A stretch of DNA of 64,000 bases from Ginglymostoma cirratum (lineage: Eukaryota). The position numbers and the translations under genes were made by a program. Below are positions 63,545 through 64,000 of the stretch, piece after piece. The stretch lies in assembly GCA_024137785.1 (NCBI GenBank), contig JAHRHZ010000085.1, positions 3,451,770 to 3,515,769 of the forward strand. Direction: 5' to 3'. Numbering within the stretch: the first letter of the stretch is position 1; each line of letters opens with the position of its first letter. A model generated the notes under the pieces. The model was given only the letters and a program-made list of their open reading frames with translations. It was not told the DNA's origin and did no database searches.

Positions 63545-63761
63545 AGAACTGCTGATGCTGTAACTCAGAAACAAAAACAGAAGTTGCTGGAAAAGCTCAG
63601 CAGGACTGGCAGCATCTGTGAAGAGAAATCAGAGATAACGCTTCAGGTCCAGTAACTGTCCTGAGGAAGGATCACCAGAACCAAAACGTTATCTCTGATT
63701 TCTCTTCGCAGATGCTGCCAGATCTGCTAAGAGTTTCCAGCAACCTCTATTGTTGTTTCTG
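63545..63761. repeat. Fold-back element made of two inverted PLE terminal repeats
   Basis: 63566-63655 is nearly the reverse complement of 63670-63761. Confidence 0.85.
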
Positions 63762-64000
63762 TGTGAAACTGCAGACAGGTCATTCATAAGGCTCTTATTG
63801 TGCTGAGCTGTCCTGATCCCACAACAAATGGTGCCAGATTGTCCATACTCAATGTATCCAAAAGGTAACATTGTTTCATATGCATCAGTTCAGTTCACTT
63901 AGACTTTTCTTTCAGCTGCAAACAACGCCTTGCCTTCCACGTTGTTTCCCCTAAAACAGTGTCCATTTATCTCATTATCAGTGCACAGCCTCCAAAATGA

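Overview
Eukaryotic, intron-containing, repeat-rich DNA. The HE1/V-SINE-like, DeuSINE-like, CR1 and Penelope repeat complement points to a cartilaginous fish (shark or ray); this is inference. Almost all entries in the ORF track are transposon fragments or noise. The non-repeat content is a cluster of three paralogous, non-rearranging immunoglobulin-superfamily receptor genes. Their layout is leader - IgV - IgC1 - TM - tail with SIRPalpha-like tyrosine motifs. Copy A (+, 9882-11185) has V and C1 only. Copy B (+, 17787-32548) and copy C (-, 51989-60347) are tail-to-tail. All three carry stops, frameshifts or broken splice sites and look like pseudogenes, although several exons are still intact. 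Mobile DNA includes an old ERV-L/class III-like provirus with two LTRs inside an intron of copy B, a gypsy element with Gmr1-type integrase-before-RT order, a Tx1/L1 3' end and many CR1-group LINE and SINE pieces. Many Penelope-like elements (PLE) are also present. Their terminal repeats carry minimal hammerhead-ribozyme (HHR) motifs with covarying stems, often as free-standing fold-back pairs. Exon coordinates were read by hand; repeat boundaries are approximate.
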